Notes: a model not told the origin generated them from the letters alone. Counted from the first letter of the stretch, positions 41,430-57,240 are shown. The stretch: 64,000 nt of DNA from Bugula neritina (GCA_964035545.1 OZ037772.1:3625538-3689537); one strand, 5' to 3'. Numbers and translations are program-made.

Positions 41430-43377
41430 ATTACATAACATAAGTTATATTACATGATATAAGATACATTACATAATATAAAATATATTACATAATATAA
41501 GATACATTACATAATATAAGATATATTACATGATATAAGATATATTACATAATATAAGATATATTACATAATATAAGATATATTACATAATATAAGATAT
41601 ATTACATAATATAAGATATATTACATGATATAAGATATATTATATAATATAAGATATATTACAAAATATAAGATATATTACATGATATAAGATACATTAC
41701 ATAATATAAAATATATTACATAATATAAGATATATTACACAATATAAGATATATTACATGGTATAAGATATATTACATAATATAAGATATATTACAAAAT
41801 ATAAGATATATTACATGATATAAGATACATTACATGATATAAGATATATTACATAATATAAGATATATTACATGATATAAGATATATTACATGATATAAG
41901 ATATATTGCATAATATAAGATATATTACATAATATAAGATATATTACATGATATAAGATATATTACATGATATAAGATATATTACATGATATAAGATATA
42001 TTACATGATATAATATATATTACATGATATAAGATATATTACATAATATAAGATATATTACATGATATAAGATATATTACAAGATATAAGATATATTACA
42101 TGATATAAGATATATTACATAATATAAGATATATTACATGATATAAGATATATTACACGATATAAGATATATTACATAATATAAGATATATTACATGATA
42201 TAAGATATATTACATAACATAAGATATATCACATAATATAAGATATATTACATTATATAAGATATATTACATGATATAAGATATATTACATAATATAAGA
42301 TATATTACATAATATAAGATATATTACATAATATAAGATATATTACATAATATAAGATATATTATATAATATAAGATATATTACAAAATATAAGATATAT
42401 TACATGATATAAGATACATTACATAATATAAAATATATTACATAATATAAGATATATTACACAATATAAGATATATTACATGATATAAGATATATTACAT
42501 AATATAAGATATATTACAAAATATAAGATATATTACATGATATAAGATACATTACATGATATAAGATATATTACATAATATAAGATATATTACATGATAT
42601 AAGATATATTACATGATATAAGATATATTACATGATATAAGATTTATTACATGATATAAGATATATTACATAATATAAGATATATTACATGATATAAGAT
42701 ATATTACAAGATATAAGATATATTACATGATATAAGATATATTACATAATATAAGATATATTACATAATATAAGATATATTACATGATATAAGATATATT
42801 ACATGATATAAGATATATTACATAATATAAGATATATTACATGATATAAGATATATTACATAACATAAGATATATCACATAATATAAGATATATTACATT
42901 ATATAAGATATATTACATGATATAAGATATATTACATAATATAAGATATATTACATAATATAAGATATATTACATAATATAAGATATATTACATGATATA
43001 AGATATATCACATAATATAAGATGTATCACATAATATAAGATGTATTACATAATATAAGATATATTACATAATATAAGATATATTACATGATATAAGATA
43101 TATTACATGATATAAGATATATTACATGATATAAGATATATTACATGATATAAGATATATTACATGATATAAGATATATTACATGATATAAGATATATTA
43201 CATAATATAAGATATATTACATAATATAAGATATATTACATAATATAAGATATATTACATAATATAAGATATATTACATAATATAAGATATATTACATAA
43301 TATAAGATATATTACATAATATAATATATATTACATAGTATAAGATATATTACATAATATAAGATGTATTACATAAT
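41430..43377. repeat. 19-bp minisatellite, ~100 copies
   Basis: Same unit as 10394-10650, greatly expanded. Confidence 0.95.
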
Positions 43378-43598
43378 AATTATATACTCTTTCTATAATG
43401 TATAATCTTGCATACACATACAGCCATTAAAACCTCTTGCCATTTAGTTTAAGTTTATCAATTTAGACACAGAATGCATTTGATCTTCAGTCCCATGACC
43501 GTCAAAACAGCACATTTCACATTCATTGGTTATACAAGAGATTGTTTCCCCAATAATAGCAGCGTTACTCTAAATTGAAAAAAAACTATAAAGTTAGA

Positions 43599-43715
43599 CA
43601 GAGTCATCTAAAGGGTATAGATATAGAATAAGTTGATAGAATAGAATCATCTAAAGGGTATAGATATAGAATAAGTATATTGAATAGAGTCATCTAAAGG
43701 GTATAGATATAGAAT
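43599..43715. repeat. ~43-bp minisatellite, ~3 copies
   Basis: Same unit as 10874-11564. Confidence 0.85.
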
Positions 43716-44150
43716 GGTAACCACAGACATCAGAAGAAGCAGAAGACACTTTCTACCACCAGACGTACCTCTTTGAAGGGAAGCTCCCTGAGTAGGAATT
43801 GTCCCATCATGACCATGCGGGCCACCCAGAAGAAGAGGATATCCAGTCCAGTCTCTAGCAGAGTACCCGGGTAGTAGGCTTGCAGGTCGGGGGTGTTATA
43901 TGGCCACCCCATAGTCTAGAAAGGAAATACTCCGGAACTAAACCAAGTGTCCAGCACATTTTCATCTGTATAAAAGGCAGGAAATGGAACAATGTTCAGA
44001 GTTGTCTTCTCTGACAAACTGAAACTGGGGTTAATTTACTCAAAGGAAATGTCTAGTCCGTGAACAAAAGAAAGTAAATTATCAATAAGCAGTTAAAGAA
44101 ATGTAGCTCGCTGCTTTACTATAAAGGAGAAGAGAAAGTTGGAGGTGTGT

Positions 44151-44598
44151 ACATACTCAATACATACTCAATATATACTCAATACATACTCAATATATAC
44201 TCAATACATACTCAATATATACTCAATACATACTCAATATATACTCAATACATACTCAATACATACTCAATACATACTCAATATATACTCAATACATACT
44301 CAATATATACTCAATACATACTCAATACATACTCAATACATACTCAATACATACTCAATACATACCCAATATATACTCAATATATACTCAATATCTACTT
44401 AATATATACTCAATACATACTCAATATATACTCAATATATACTCAATACATACTCAATACATACTTAATACATACTCAATATATACTCAATATATACCCA
44501 ATACATACTCAATACATACTCAATACATACTCAATATATACTCAATACATACTCAATACATACTCAATACATACTCAATACATACTCAACATATACTT
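44151..44598. repeat. 11-bp minisatellite, ~40 copies
   Basis: Unit ATAYATACTCA. Confidence 0.93.
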
Positions 44599-44805
44599 GA
44601 GCTGTCAGATGAAAGAGAATTACCCTGGCTAAGACTGATGACATCTGGATGTACGTTAAACTTCATTGCTGCCTTTGACAGCGCTTCATGATAGGATCTG
44701 CCAGTCACCCAGTAGTTGTTGTCACTAGACTATGTAAAATATATAGAGGTTAAAAGGTCACTAGACTATGTAAAATATATAGAGGTCAAGAGGTCACTGG
44801 ACTAT

Positions 44806-45226
44806 CACGGGCTTTCCATGTATCGATCTGACTGAGATCGATCTAAGAAATCTGCTCAGAGTGTCATATTGATCTCACGGAGTTACCTCCTCTCAAGTGA
44901 AAGATGCTTTAATAGTATAATTTGCTCACCAATCTGACTGATTAAAGCTACTGCTGTTAAAAACAAGATTGTTGCAGTCTAAATTTAACGCCAACTATAA
45001 ACTATACTATAATTTTATATAATCCAGTTTTCTTAATCATCGTACTGAAAGTCAAAGTTTGGCATCTGAAAATATGACTATCATAATTAATAAGTGATTT
45101 GCTGAGTAATTGTCAATAACTTATCATTTTTATTAGCAGACAGAATTTTAGCGAAAATTTATTTTTCTACTTCTCAGATCTTTCCATGGTCTTATTGCCT
45201 TGAGATCGATCCATGGAAAGCCGGTG
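44806..45226. mobile_element. MITE with CAC-starting TIRs
   Basis: CACGGGCTTTCCATGTATCGATCT...GAGATCGATCCATGGAAAGCCGGTG. A short sister copy lies at 45352-45449, and the left end is also seen at 12493. Confidence 0.65.
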
Positions 45227-45852
45227 TATGTACAAGATGTAGAGGTAAAGAGGTCACCAGACTATGTACAAAATATAAAGGTCAAGAGACTATGTAAAAT
45301 ATACAGATGTCAAGAGGTCACTGAGCTATGATGAACAATGTACAATATAATCACAGGCTTTCCATGGACGACTGAGATCGATCTTTGATGTCTTTTCATG
45401 GAGCGATCTCACCAATATAGATCTGAGATCGATCCATGGAAAGCCAGTGAAAGGGTCACACTCACTCCAGAAATGGCCACACCCACTCCGGAAAAAGCCA
45501 CACCCACTCTAGAAAGGCCACACCCACTCCAGAAAGGGCCACACCTACTCCAGAAAAGGCCACATTAAAGGGAATTCATAGTTTATCAACATAAACAGAG
45601 TCTGTGGTGAATATTAGGTCTGTGCTATACCCACTTGCTTTCTGTGAATAACACAAGACAAGATGAAGAATGAGTCATACCTCAGCCTTAGGTTGCCCCT
45701 GGATCTGCACAAAGTAGGCTGGTATTCTGTGCCCCCACCATAGCTGTCTGGAGATACACCAGTCCCTGGAGTTCCTCAGCCATTTGTACCAAGTGACTGT
45801 GCGATAGTCTGGTATGATCTTTAGCTTGCCTGATTCTACTACCTGCAGTATA

Positions 45853-46290
45853 CATACTATGCTATAGATATACTATGCTATAGATATACTATACTATAGA
45901 TATACTATGCTATAGATATACTATGCTATAGATATACTATACTATAGATATACTATGCTATAGATATACTATGCTATAGATATACTATGCTATAGATATA
46001 CTATGCTATAGATATACTATGCTATAGATATACTATGCTATAGATATACTATGCTATAGATATACTATGCTATAGATATACTATGCTATAGATATACTAT
46101 ACTATAGATATACTATGCTATAGATATACTATGCTATAGATATACTATACTATAGATATACTATGCTATAGATATACTATGCTATAGATATACTATGCTA
46201 TAGATATACTATGCTATAGATATACTATGCTATAGATATACTATGCTATAGATATACTATGCTATAGATATACTATACTATATACATACT
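45853..46290. repeat. 16-bp minisatellite, ~27 copies
   Basis: Unit TATACTATGCTATAGA. Confidence 0.93.
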
Positions 46291-46884
46291 ATACAGTACT
46301 AATATATATACTATACAGTACTAATAATATATTATATACCATATACAGTACTAATATATATATTATACAGTACTAATATATTATATACTATACAGTACTA
46401 ATATATTATATACTATACATAATATATAATACAAGTACCTCTACAGCCTTGGTTGCCATATCGTCACACGCCACATACCACTGTGGTTTGGGTATCGGCT
46501 CAATGATATCTTTAGATCGACTATAACACAAGAGACCACGGTGTGGAGGTCATTGGTAACAGACAGACACACATAGTAACAGTTCAACTCAACAGCATTG
46601 TAAAAGATAATGGATATTTTAATGGAGCTATTCTTTAGGAGAACAAGAGAGGGCAACTTCTATTACATTGAGATCTGTAACTATGAGTCATTTTACTTGA
46701 TTTAGCACACAGAGCCATATACCTCTAGCTTTTAGCTATTGTTCACAGTTGAGCTGCTAATTCCGTATCTCAGTAAGCTGAGGGACCTGACACCTCAATT
46801 CATGACACAGTAGAATTCTTACCATAGCAGAATACCATATTTAACACACGGATCTGTTAAATTATTTTGTTCCTACACACAAAA

Positions 46885-47108
46885 GGCTATGAATATACAG
46901 GATAACAGGCTATGAATATACAGGACAACAGGCTATGAATATACAGGACAACAGGCTATGAATATACAGGACAACAGGCTACGAATATACAGGACAACAG
47001 GCTATGAATATACAGGACAACAGGCTATGAATACACAGGACAACAGGCTATGAATACACAGGACAACAGGCTATGAATATACAGGACAACAGGCTATGAA
47101 TATACAGG
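46885..47108. repeat. 23-bp minisatellite, ~10 copies
   Basis: Unit GGCTATGAATATACAGGACAACA. Confidence 0.92.
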
Positions 47109-48993
47109 AAACAGAGCACCTGTCCCAAACTCCATCTCCACAAAGTCGTCAGCTACAATAGGTATTCTCCTGTCAGCAAAAAGATGTCTCACAAATTTCC
47201 CGTGTAAGTGTTTGTATCGGCCGTCTTCAGGGTGGACAGCCACGGCAGTGTCACCTACAATAGTTACCAGACTTTATAGTCTCTCATAGTATTGAGTATT
47301 GATATACAATTATATATTTACTGAGTGTTTACCAGATCCAACTTCACAGTCACTATACTCAGAGCACACAACTCCCAGTAAGTTAGTATCAAGCTAATTA
47401 ACCACTAACCTCCCTATTCACGCTTACCGTATCGTATCGTAACAGCAAATATCAGCCATTTTTACAAATGTCTGAGCTTCCTGTACGGTGTTGCGGTACG
47501 GTAGGATCAAGCACTGCTTGATTCAAATAAGTTGCGGCGGACTCCTATTGGACAGAAAAACTTTTGCGTTAATTCATTGGATATAAATGTCCAATGTAGC
47601 GTCATAGATCGTACCTAATAGCGGACTTTGAAAACTTCAACCGGCACCTTAAACCAAAATGGAATAATAAAATTAAAGAACTTAGGCTATCTCAAGTTCT
47701 CCACTACTGCTCCTAAGTGAGAAAGTAAGAATAGTTAGAGAGATCTACTGGAGTTACTTCAACTGGCAGCAAGAGTCAGCTATTATTACGTTGCTAAGCA
47801 ACAAAGCTATTAGTGACATTGATGTCTACTAACCCAACATAGTTTCTAATCTAGTTGTGGCCACAATGATCTCTTCGTCAGAGTCTTCTACTTTATATGC
47901 AAAGGAAAGGAGAACTCCGAACTCCACCTTCTCCTTGTAGCCCGGCACAGAGAGCATAGTCCTTCCTGTCAGCTCTACTTTGTCTACCTGCAATCAGTGA
48001 TACAACTCTCTCAGACTATACAGGTCAAAGGTTAAACTGTAGTGTGTGCTTGTGAGTCACTGCGTTCTCATTCTTTTCTATTAGTTCATATAATGTATAT
48101 GAATGCTCGTACGAATGAATATGTGGCTGTGGTCTCATTGATGTATTCATTCGAAGATAGTCATAATGTAATATATCAGGCTGTGTCTGAATACTACTAT
48201 TAGGTTAGTTACCACCAACACACAAGTCTCGCAGTGAATAACCAGTTGACGTACACACAGCCGGGAGTCAGACTTATACTGTACGATATACCTCAATATC
48301 AGAGATGGCAGAGTTGAGAGTACAGGACCAGTTGACCAGTCGGTTAGCTCTGTAGATCACACCTTTCTCGTGCATTCTGATTACAAGGTCAACCATAAAC
48401 GACTCAGTCTGATGACTGACGGTTATGCTTAATGATTAATTAGTAATATGAATAGATTGCAAGTGATCAGCATGATGATGGTGATTATTGCTTTTCACCA
48501 TCAAAGGTCAAACTTTGTAATTGCAGCTTGAAATGTAAAATTAAAAATATTACTTTTATTTAATTATACGAGTATAACTTACTATCATAACAACATTCAA
48601 CTTTATGTAGTCATTATGAACATGATAATGGTTTACCTTTTACTTTAGATGATAATTATACTATTCACGATTATCATTATGTCTACCATTATGATTATCT
48701 CAACTTTAACTTATCAATTACGATAATTAACCATTTGTTTTCAATGATAAAAACTTAAATCATTGAATGAACACTAAAAGTAATTTAAATTCACACTTTT
48801 ATTATCATAACTATCAAATTAATATTAATAGGCATATTTGATTTTTAGATTACAATAATAATTATCAAATCATGGTATAGAATTAAATATTATAGTTAAT
48901 ATTATTATAAATATAATTAATATAATTGTATTTATTGAAACTAAAATAGTAAGGTAAACTAAATGAATTATCGACATGAGTGTGAGTATGAGT

Positions 48994-49508
48994 AGGCCAC
49001 AACTAGAAGGTGCAGCAGCAATTTGAGATCCCCGTTTGCAATACCTCATCAAAGATATAGAACAGGTGCAAAATAATGCAATCAGATTCATTGCTAAATT
49101 GAAAGGCAGAGACAGTATCACTGTGGCACGTGACAAACTAAACCTAGAATCTCTCCCCGACAGACGCTTCAAGCTGAGGCACAAGTTACTGTTGCGACTT
49201 CTATCTAATGAGGGAAATCAGGCATCTCTAACCAACTCCTATGAACTGATGAACAGTAAAACCTAAAATACTAGGTTTACTAAGGCATCAAGCAGGGACG
49301 ATCCTCCAACCATTTTTGCAAAATCAGCAGCCTACTACAGCAGCTTCTTTCCAAAAACAGCCCGAGAGCTTAAGTCTATGCTAAATAATTAGTCAATGCA
49401 CCAGAGTTGTATATGTGCAACATACTGAAAATACTTGCTAGCCTGTAATCGGCAACTGTAGAGGTGTGCCTCTTGCTACATGCTCTAATGCGTGTAAGAG
49501 GTAAGAGG
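48994..49508 (+). mobile_element. 3' fragment of a CR1/L2-group LINE (duplicate of 18167-18680)
   Basis: Near-identical to the block A copy. Confidence 0.8.
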
Positions 49509-51547
49509 ACTATCAATATGACTATCAATATTAGTAGGAGTACCCAAGTACCAGTAGACATAGTAGCTGTAGAAAGTCTATCCCAATCAGTAACTGTAAG
49601 CCGTGAGGGCTGAGAGTATAACTAGGAATATAAAAAACTATAACTTGAGTATAACTAATTGAAGGTGAGTTAACATAAATTAAAAAATAATAAATATAAT
49701 TACTACAAAATCAAAATGAAATATGCATTATGATTATAAATATTTATATTTTTATTTTATAATAATTTTTTAATTTATTTATATCATTTTATTTAGGTTC
49801 ATTACCTTTCATTATGATTATTGAAATTCATAAATCATATTCATAATGATAACGATAATGATAATCACTTAAAAAAATTGATAAACCCATAATCATAATG
49901 ATTATTATTATCATTTATCGCTTATCAGTGATAATCATAATCATAACGATGATCTTGATCATAATCAATATGAATATCAATATCATGTTATACTTATTCA
50001 ATAATTATAATTGATTGATTCTTATTCATATTAATAATGAATAAAAAATTATAGCATATAGCATATAATTTATTTCACAGTGCGACAAGATTATCTAGAC
50101 GGTGCGCTTACGCCTCTCATTCTACTTAAGCAATATCCAATTGTACGGTTTTTATGACTTTAAAATCCGTTTTTGAGAAGCAAGGCTAGATAGAAGTTAA
50201 TGATCGATATTGACTCGCTAAGAGTTTTCATGTAAACCCGCAAACTACAACTTTTAACTTGACCGCAAAGCTGGAAGTACGATAAGCGTCGCCGTATTGA
50301 TTTCAGGCGAATTTTAGTTGATTTCTTTCAAACTGTTGAGAAGTAATATTTGCTTCCATTTTATGTCTGTATCAGCCATCAGGGCTATCGCGATACAATT
50401 ATAAATGTTCTTAATTCAATCAATATTATGAAATAATTAATGTAAGAAATTCAATTTTGACTATATAGAATAATCTCAATCTGAATAAGTATTATTTATT
50501 TATTGTAACACTTGCACATCGTCTTACTCTTACTCTTACTCTTACTCAGATAACATAGTACATACTGATACTCATACTGATACTCAATCCCATACTCAAT
50601 CTCATACTGAGTCTGATACTCATAGTCATAGTGATAGTCTTTGCCAGATTATTGCTAGATAATTTAAGCTAGTACTAGTACTACTACTAGTAGTACTAGT
50701 ACTAGTAGTACTAATACTAGTAGTAGTACTAATAATCACAGTACTAAAGTAAATTAGTAGTACTAATAGTAATAGTATTAGAGTAATACTAATACTAATA
50801 GTAATACTACCACTAGTAGTAGCAGTAGTGCTAGTAGTAGTAGGCTACATGATGATGATCATTATGATTATGATTATGAAGATGGTTATTACTATAACTA
50901 TTACGGTATGAGTATAACTATAACTGTATTAGTATTTGGTTTTATTTTGCATTGCTAATTGAAGACCATGCGTTAAAATTAACTGTTTCTCTCTTTTCTA
51001 AATTACATTTCAAGTTGCACACTACTAGACATATATGCTTTCAATTTTTTGGTCTATCTTCAAGTTGTGAAACTTGACCAGTATGACTACGACTAACTGT
51101 AACTAGAATAAAATATTGAATAATAGAGAAGTTCCATACTGTTACACCTCCTTTGACTTGTGCTACCGTCGGTAGTGCTAAAAGAGTGGAGCCAAAGAAA
51201 AGCATAATCACAGAATTCACAGCCTGCTGGTTTGAGATTTTTGTGGTCTAGAGATTGTACTGGGTTACAGAGATCTTTTTCTGTCTGTGAATTTTTGATC
51301 CCTGCGGTTGTTTCTGGCTGTGGGTAGTTGGAGGTGTTGAGGGAGTGGGCTCACTGGGTAGGCTATATTATTGTAATCATATTAACCAACTTGACAGTTT
51401 ACTAATTCATTGTCTAACTCTGTCTGTCTTAGTCTAGTAACACTATTTATTTATTTATTTACTTATTAATTTATTTATTCGACTAAATCTTGTCTGTCTT
51501 TGTCTAGTAACACTATTTATTTATTTATTTACTTATTAATTTAATTA

Positions 51548-51665
51548 AATTACTAGTTTATATTACCAAGTTATATTACTAGTTTATATCACCAAGTTAT
51601 ATTACTAGTTTATATTACCAAGTTAAATTACTAGTTTATATTACCAAGTTATATTACTAGTTTAT
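51548..51665. repeat. ~26-bp tandem repeat, ~4 copies
   Basis: Unit TTATATTACTAGTTTATATTACCAAG. Confidence 0.8.
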
Positions 51666-52705
51666 ACTGCTAGTATTCAACAACTATTCTCCATCACATC
51701 TCAACTCTGACGGAACTACACTGACTAAACATCGGTATAGTTTATAGTTTATGTTGAACTCTTCAGACCCTGAGATGTGTGCGTGTGGCTTCACCTGCGA
51801 GTGTGGTGCCTGTGTTGGGGTATGTGACCTTGACAGAGACTGTGGGAAGCTGCAGATCTGTTTGGAGAAAAGATGTTATCAGCAGGCCTCACCAGATGAC
51901 AGAACAGTTGTCTGGGATCTTTATCACTCAGAACTAGTAGAATGTTCTTCAGGTTTGAATGCGAAATCTTTGTTTTAAACTCTATTAGAGTTTAAAAGTG
52001 TTGCTTTTTGTTGTATTTATATCTGTGCTGGCCAGGATTTTTGAATGATTTTTGTAATGTATTTACATAACAGAGTGTAACCTTAAAGCTGAATTTGCTT
52101 TATTTTCTACATATTTTGGTTTGTGATTTTTCAGTAGAAACGAGGCATCACACTTGGTGTGATTATCAGCATTTTTTGCAGGTGCTTCTATCCGTGTACT
52201 GACAACACAGCCTGTCCTAGTGATGGACAAATCTGTCACCATGGTGTCTGTAAAGAGGGCTGTCAGGTGAGTAGTCGCTATGACCTACACTGCGAGTTAT
52301 TGATGACTTTCATACTATGAGTTGTGACTGCCTATTATAATTTATACTGCGAGTCCAAGTAGCTGCTGTAACTTATGCTGTGAGTCATGACTAACTGAAA
52401 TCACTTATACTGTGAGTCATGACTAACTGATATCACTTATACTGTGAGTCAATTATCAAAAATAGCAAAGAAGTAGAGACATGTTGTGTATGTGAGATAT
52501 GTGAGGTTATTTAGTGACTAGTTCGCTATTTATAGAGTTTTGTTTCTATTAATAGACTGTACTGAAAATGAACAATGTGGATCTGAGTTTACTGAATGCA
52601 TATCCAACATATGCTATCAGCTTTATCCTCTCAACAATCCAGATCTTTCTGATGCTGAGCAGGACAGACTCTTTGATGATCGGCTGGATCTACAGAATGA
52701 TGGTA

Positions 52706-52845
52706 AGTTACTCTGTTAGTACAGTTACTCTGTTAGTACAGTTACTCTGTTAGTACAGTTACTCTGTTAGTATAGTTACTCTGTTAATATAGTTACTGTG
52801 TTAGTACAGTTACTCTGTTAGTATAGTTACTGTTAGTATAGTTAC
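52706..52845. repeat. 17-bp minisatellite, ~8 copies
   Basis: Unit GTTACTCTGTTAGTAYA. Confidence 0.88.
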
Positions 52846-53404
52846 AGTAACAGTTTGCTAGTCATAATAAACTGTTGTTTCGCATTGTACAGTTTACTAT
52901 TGCCTGAATATTGTATTGAGAATATTAGCTTAACAATTCCAGTGCAGCGATGTGATTGGCCTGACAATATCAAAGTAGTGATGTGATTGGCTTGACAGTA
53001 TCAGAGTAGTGATGTGATTGGCTACTCTGTTCTGTTTTGCAGGGCCATGCCTACTTGTATTATGTGTTAATCTTGTTTTGCAGTGAACAGAAAGGGATAA
53101 TGGGTCCCAAAAGACACCCGGGATCTTACCATGGAGAGGAAGGGTTCACCTGATGTTGATGGCCTGCCTGGTATATCCGGCAATCCTGGAGATGCAGGAG
53201 AAAGGAGACTACCTTGTTTGTCAGGAGATACCGGACTTTTTGGAGAACCAGGTGATGTTTATGCTCAATTGAGTTTAATCTGTCAAGTTATGTTGGGATC
53301 TTTTCCGTTGTCGTTATTTTATGTTTGTTACGTGGAAAAAGGAACAAACTCTGTCTTGGAGCATTTTGGTTTTTTCAGAGAGCTTTGGATTATTTTATTA
53401 TGGT

Positions 53405-53615
53405 CTACACAGGGGTGTAGACAAACTAAACTACACTGGGGTGTAGACAGACTAAACTACACAGGGGTGTAGACAGACTACACTAGACAGGGGTGTAGAC
53501 AAACTAAACTAGACAGGGGTGTAGACAGACTAAACAACACAGGGGTGTAGACAGACTAAACTACACAGGGGTGTAGACAGACGAAACTACACAGGGCTGT
53601 AGACAGACTAGACTA
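53405..53615. repeat. 26-bp minisatellite, ~8 copies
   Basis: Unit CTACACAGGGGTGTAGACAGACTAAA (small internal hairpin). Confidence 0.88.
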
Positions 53616-53954
53616 ACCAGTGGTCTAGATGGACTAAACCTACTACGAACTTACAATTACCTTGCGTCATGACATCTCTATTCTCTCCTATAATTTGACC
53701 TTTATTTAGGGAGCAGATTTCTAGTGGGCTATTCTATAGTGACCAGTCACACTGTTTATTATAGCAACATAGAAATCAAGTTGAAAACTAGTTGCACCTG
53801 TTGTGATGCTATCAATGGGTGCTTACAGGTAGAGACGGAGTACCTGGACCTGTTCAGATCGGTTATCAGGGTAAACAAGGAGATCAAGGTCCTGCAGGTA
53901 AAAATGAGGAGTTACTCACCCTTGCTTGTGTATTTCTGTTCTTTTTAGGTATTC

Positions 53955-54192
53955 TATAATATGCTGGGGTTTCCCTCACAGCTATTATATATGCTGGAAT
54001 TCCCCTCACACCTATGATATATGCCGGGGTTTCCCTCACAGCTATGCTATATGCTGGGGTTTCCCTCACAGCTATTATATATGCTGGAATTCCCCTCACA
54101 CCTATGCTATATGCTGGGGTTTCCCTCACAGATATTCTATATGCTGGGGTTTCCCTCACAGATATGCTATATGCTGGGGTTCTCCTCACAGC
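53955..54192. repeat. 30-bp minisatellite, ~8 copies
   Basis: Unit TATATGCTGGGGTTTCCCTCACAGCTATGC; explains four spurious ORFs. Confidence 0.92.
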
Positions 54193-57029
54193 TAGTCTGC
54201 ACTAAGGCAGGGAGTAGGCTAAGTAATCATATTGAATCCCAGCAGTGCTTGTTACTTCAACTGGCAGGATTACTGTGTATAATAGTTACTCTGACTGGTT
54301 TTCATGGATCATTTTTACCATATTGTTTGCCACATGATGCATTGTCTTAGTAAAAACAAGAAAACAAAGAAATATACCAGAAATGTTGAGAAATGTGGTG
54401 TTCCAGAATTAATAAATGACCACTTGTAATGCATACTGGTGTTGCTTGGTTCATAGGACCTGTCGGACAAGCTGGAGAACCTGGTCTGGATGGCAGAAAT
54501 GGAAAGACAGGAGAAACTGCACGAACTGGTATGCCTGGTCCAACCGGCTCAAGGGGGGTCACTGGAGAACCCGGATCTGATGGAAGGTATTTTTTGTGCT
54601 TTACTCTACCCTATTCAGCTTCTTGGAACTTTTTATTTAATTTAGTTTTTATAATTTGTTGTCAATTTTTTCAGAGACGGTTTACCTGGAGTACTGGGTG
54701 CTGATGGTAGACCTGGGGAGCAGGGTGATCAAGGACCTCCTGGCTCCATGGGTCCAGTGGGAATCCCCGGTAACCAGGGACCTGAAGGTGCTCAAGGAGA
54801 CAAGGGTGATAAGGCAGGAACATTCTTTATTCAGTTTTCTATTTATTTCGGTTCTCTGGTTTTCCACTAGTCAATCTTTTAGTTGTTTATTTGTTTTAGT
54901 TTATTTATGTTAATACTAGAGTTGCTTCAGTGACACCACATTATGTAATATATTACACAACAATGCAGTATAATACACCATAATATAATATGTTATACAA
55001 TACAATATTGTTTTAGAAATATAGTTCACTAATATCTCACAGCTAAGTTGTGTCTCCTAAATATATTCATTACTATAGGGGCCAGCTGGGCCACAGGGTG
55101 CTTCTGGACCAACTGGATTGTCTGGGCCAACTAGTCCTTGTGGACCCCACGGAGCTTCCGGGAATTCCTGGCGAACAAGGACCTAAAGGTATGAATTAAG
55201 TTGAACCAATCGTTGTCCTTAGTTATTGGCCATCAACAGAATCATGGCTCTAAGAGTTTTCCTACCTGGTAAGGAGATAAGGCAACTCCTAACTCATGAT
55301 AATATGAATGGTGCTGCTGTTGTAGGACCCACTGGTTTCCAGGGACCTCAGGGATTTCCCAGATCTCCCGGTATTTATGATGCAAGGGGAGATGTCGGAT
55401 CACTTGGTATTGCTGAACCACCCGGGCTACTGGGTGCTGACGGCAAACAAGGGATAACTGGTTCTCCTGGTGCTATGGGTCCACCTGGACCTTATGGTGC
55501 TAAGGTAAACACTTAAACTCACACTCACACACGCATGCACTTACACTGTTAGCAGGTATTGTTATTCATCTTGTTAGTTTAGTTGTAATAAACCAATAGT
55601 CTGTATTTCTAGGGTGAACAAGGGAGAGATGGGGAAATGGGTAGTCCTGGCAGTCCTGGACCTCCTGGTAAAGCCCAGTATTTGGTTAGTTATTAGTAAA
55701 ACTGAATCATTGTTCATTACTTGTATCTTTTTTATTTCCTTTCAACTGTGTATTGATGATCTTTTGGGAATTTCATTCATAGCATGTGATTGAAGCTTTT
55801 ATTTTATTCTACCATGGGTTATGTTAGGTGCTCCCCCTATGATGATGAGTGCAATGATGTCCAACAGTAAAGGTGTACAAGCAGATGATGCAGGCGCCAA
55901 CAATGAGCTCTCTAATATGTACCTCAGTGAGTAATGGCCATGATGTGCTTTGATGTTGCCCGCTTTTTATAATTAACTGTTAGAAACTATTGTAATAAAA
56001 ATATAGACAGCTGTTGTAATGTATTTCTCCTCCTAGCATTGATGATTGACATTCTTGTTTGATGAGTCACCTATTTAGTTCATTTCTTCAGTTAAATGTT
56101 TCTACATTCTGACATATTATATAATGTTGGTTTCGTTGCTGATAGCTTACATCTCTACTTCCACCTTATTTCTCTAGAAACAGGTAAGGGATGGTACAAT
56201 TTATACTGTGTATTATATACTGTTTGTTATATTGTGAAATAGAGAAGTTGTATTCTCTATCGTTTGTTGTCAGGTGGATCCAGGTGGTGGCTCCATAGCT
56301 AATGCTATCCAGGCTTACTGTCGCAAGGAAATGAAGAGCACTTGCATCAATGTCAAGACCTCTGAGTTTGCCACCAAATCGTACGTCACCCAGCAGCTAG
56401 ATAATCAGCCATTCGTTGCTAAACACATGGGAACAGCACTCGTAAGTGTTTATCTTGTATCAACTATGACTGTCTTAGTAACAGTCAAGAATATTCAAAA
56501 GTTTTATGTTGAGAATTGTCGCTATAGTAACATATTTGTTTACTGTATGGATGTTGATAAGTATTGCTATAGTAACGTGTTGGTTTCCTGTATGGATGTT
56601 GATAGGTGTTGCTATAGTAACGTGTTGGTTTCCTGTATGGATTGTAGTTTGAGTATCAGGCAGAGTTTTCCCAACTCAACTTCCTTCAAATTCACTCTGA
56701 GAGAGCAAAGCAAACCCTGACTTACAGGTAATAGTCACTGCTAGCAGCTTATCAAATATTCACTAGTTGCTAGTCACCAGATACTAGTCATCTACTATGT
56801 TGCTAGTCACTTGATACTCTGAACAATCTCTGGCTTCTTCTTAAGCTGAGCGAGTTGTTGGTATGACTATTCCTTTTGCTGATTGTAGATGTATAAACTC
56901 AGTGGCAGTAGAAGATACATGCGGTAGGAAGAATAAGTCAGTCATTTTATATACAGCTGGTGAAAAAGAATACACAGCAACAGATAGCAGGTCCCAATAT
57001 TCCGTGCTGCAGGATGATTGCAAGGTATG

Positions 57030-57240
57030 TAAATCTAACCTGTATAGTGTAAATAAGACTTATATACTGTAAATCTGACCTATATACTGTAAATCTGACC
57101 TATATGGTGTAAATCTGACCTATATAGTGTAAATCTGACCTATATAGTGTAAATCTGACCTATATAGTGTAAACCTGACCTATATAGTGTAAATCTGACC
57201 TATAAAGTGTAAATCTAACCTATATAGCATAAATTCGACC
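57030..57240. repeat. 20-bp minisatellite, ~10 copies
   Basis: Unit AAATCTGACCTATATAGTGT. Confidence 0.9.

Larger units (their letters stand above)
43769..48381 (-). pseudogene. VARS1: Valyl-tRNA synthetase pseudogene, copy B (5' exons deleted)
   Basis: Exons: 48381-48292 (partial), 47987-47834, 47254-47120 ([14 protein letters not shown]...[11 protein letters not shown]), 46520-46439 ([17 protein letters not shown]), 45842-45681 ([18 protein letters not shown]), 44729-44624, 43965-43769 (same FPF*TMGWP stop as copy A, at 43916-43918). GAVKITPAHD and KMSKS exons were not found. Confidence 0.93.
32688..50187 (+). repeat. Segmental duplication block B
   Basis: Collinear with block A. It lacks A 14132-17552 and carries ~45122-47290, which A lacks. 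Confidence 0.93.

Noticed and set aside
56178-56183. 6-nt microexon AG|AAACAG|GTAAG in the collagen
   Set aside because: Its phase does not join the next COLFI exon; more likely the stump of an internally deleted exon or chance.
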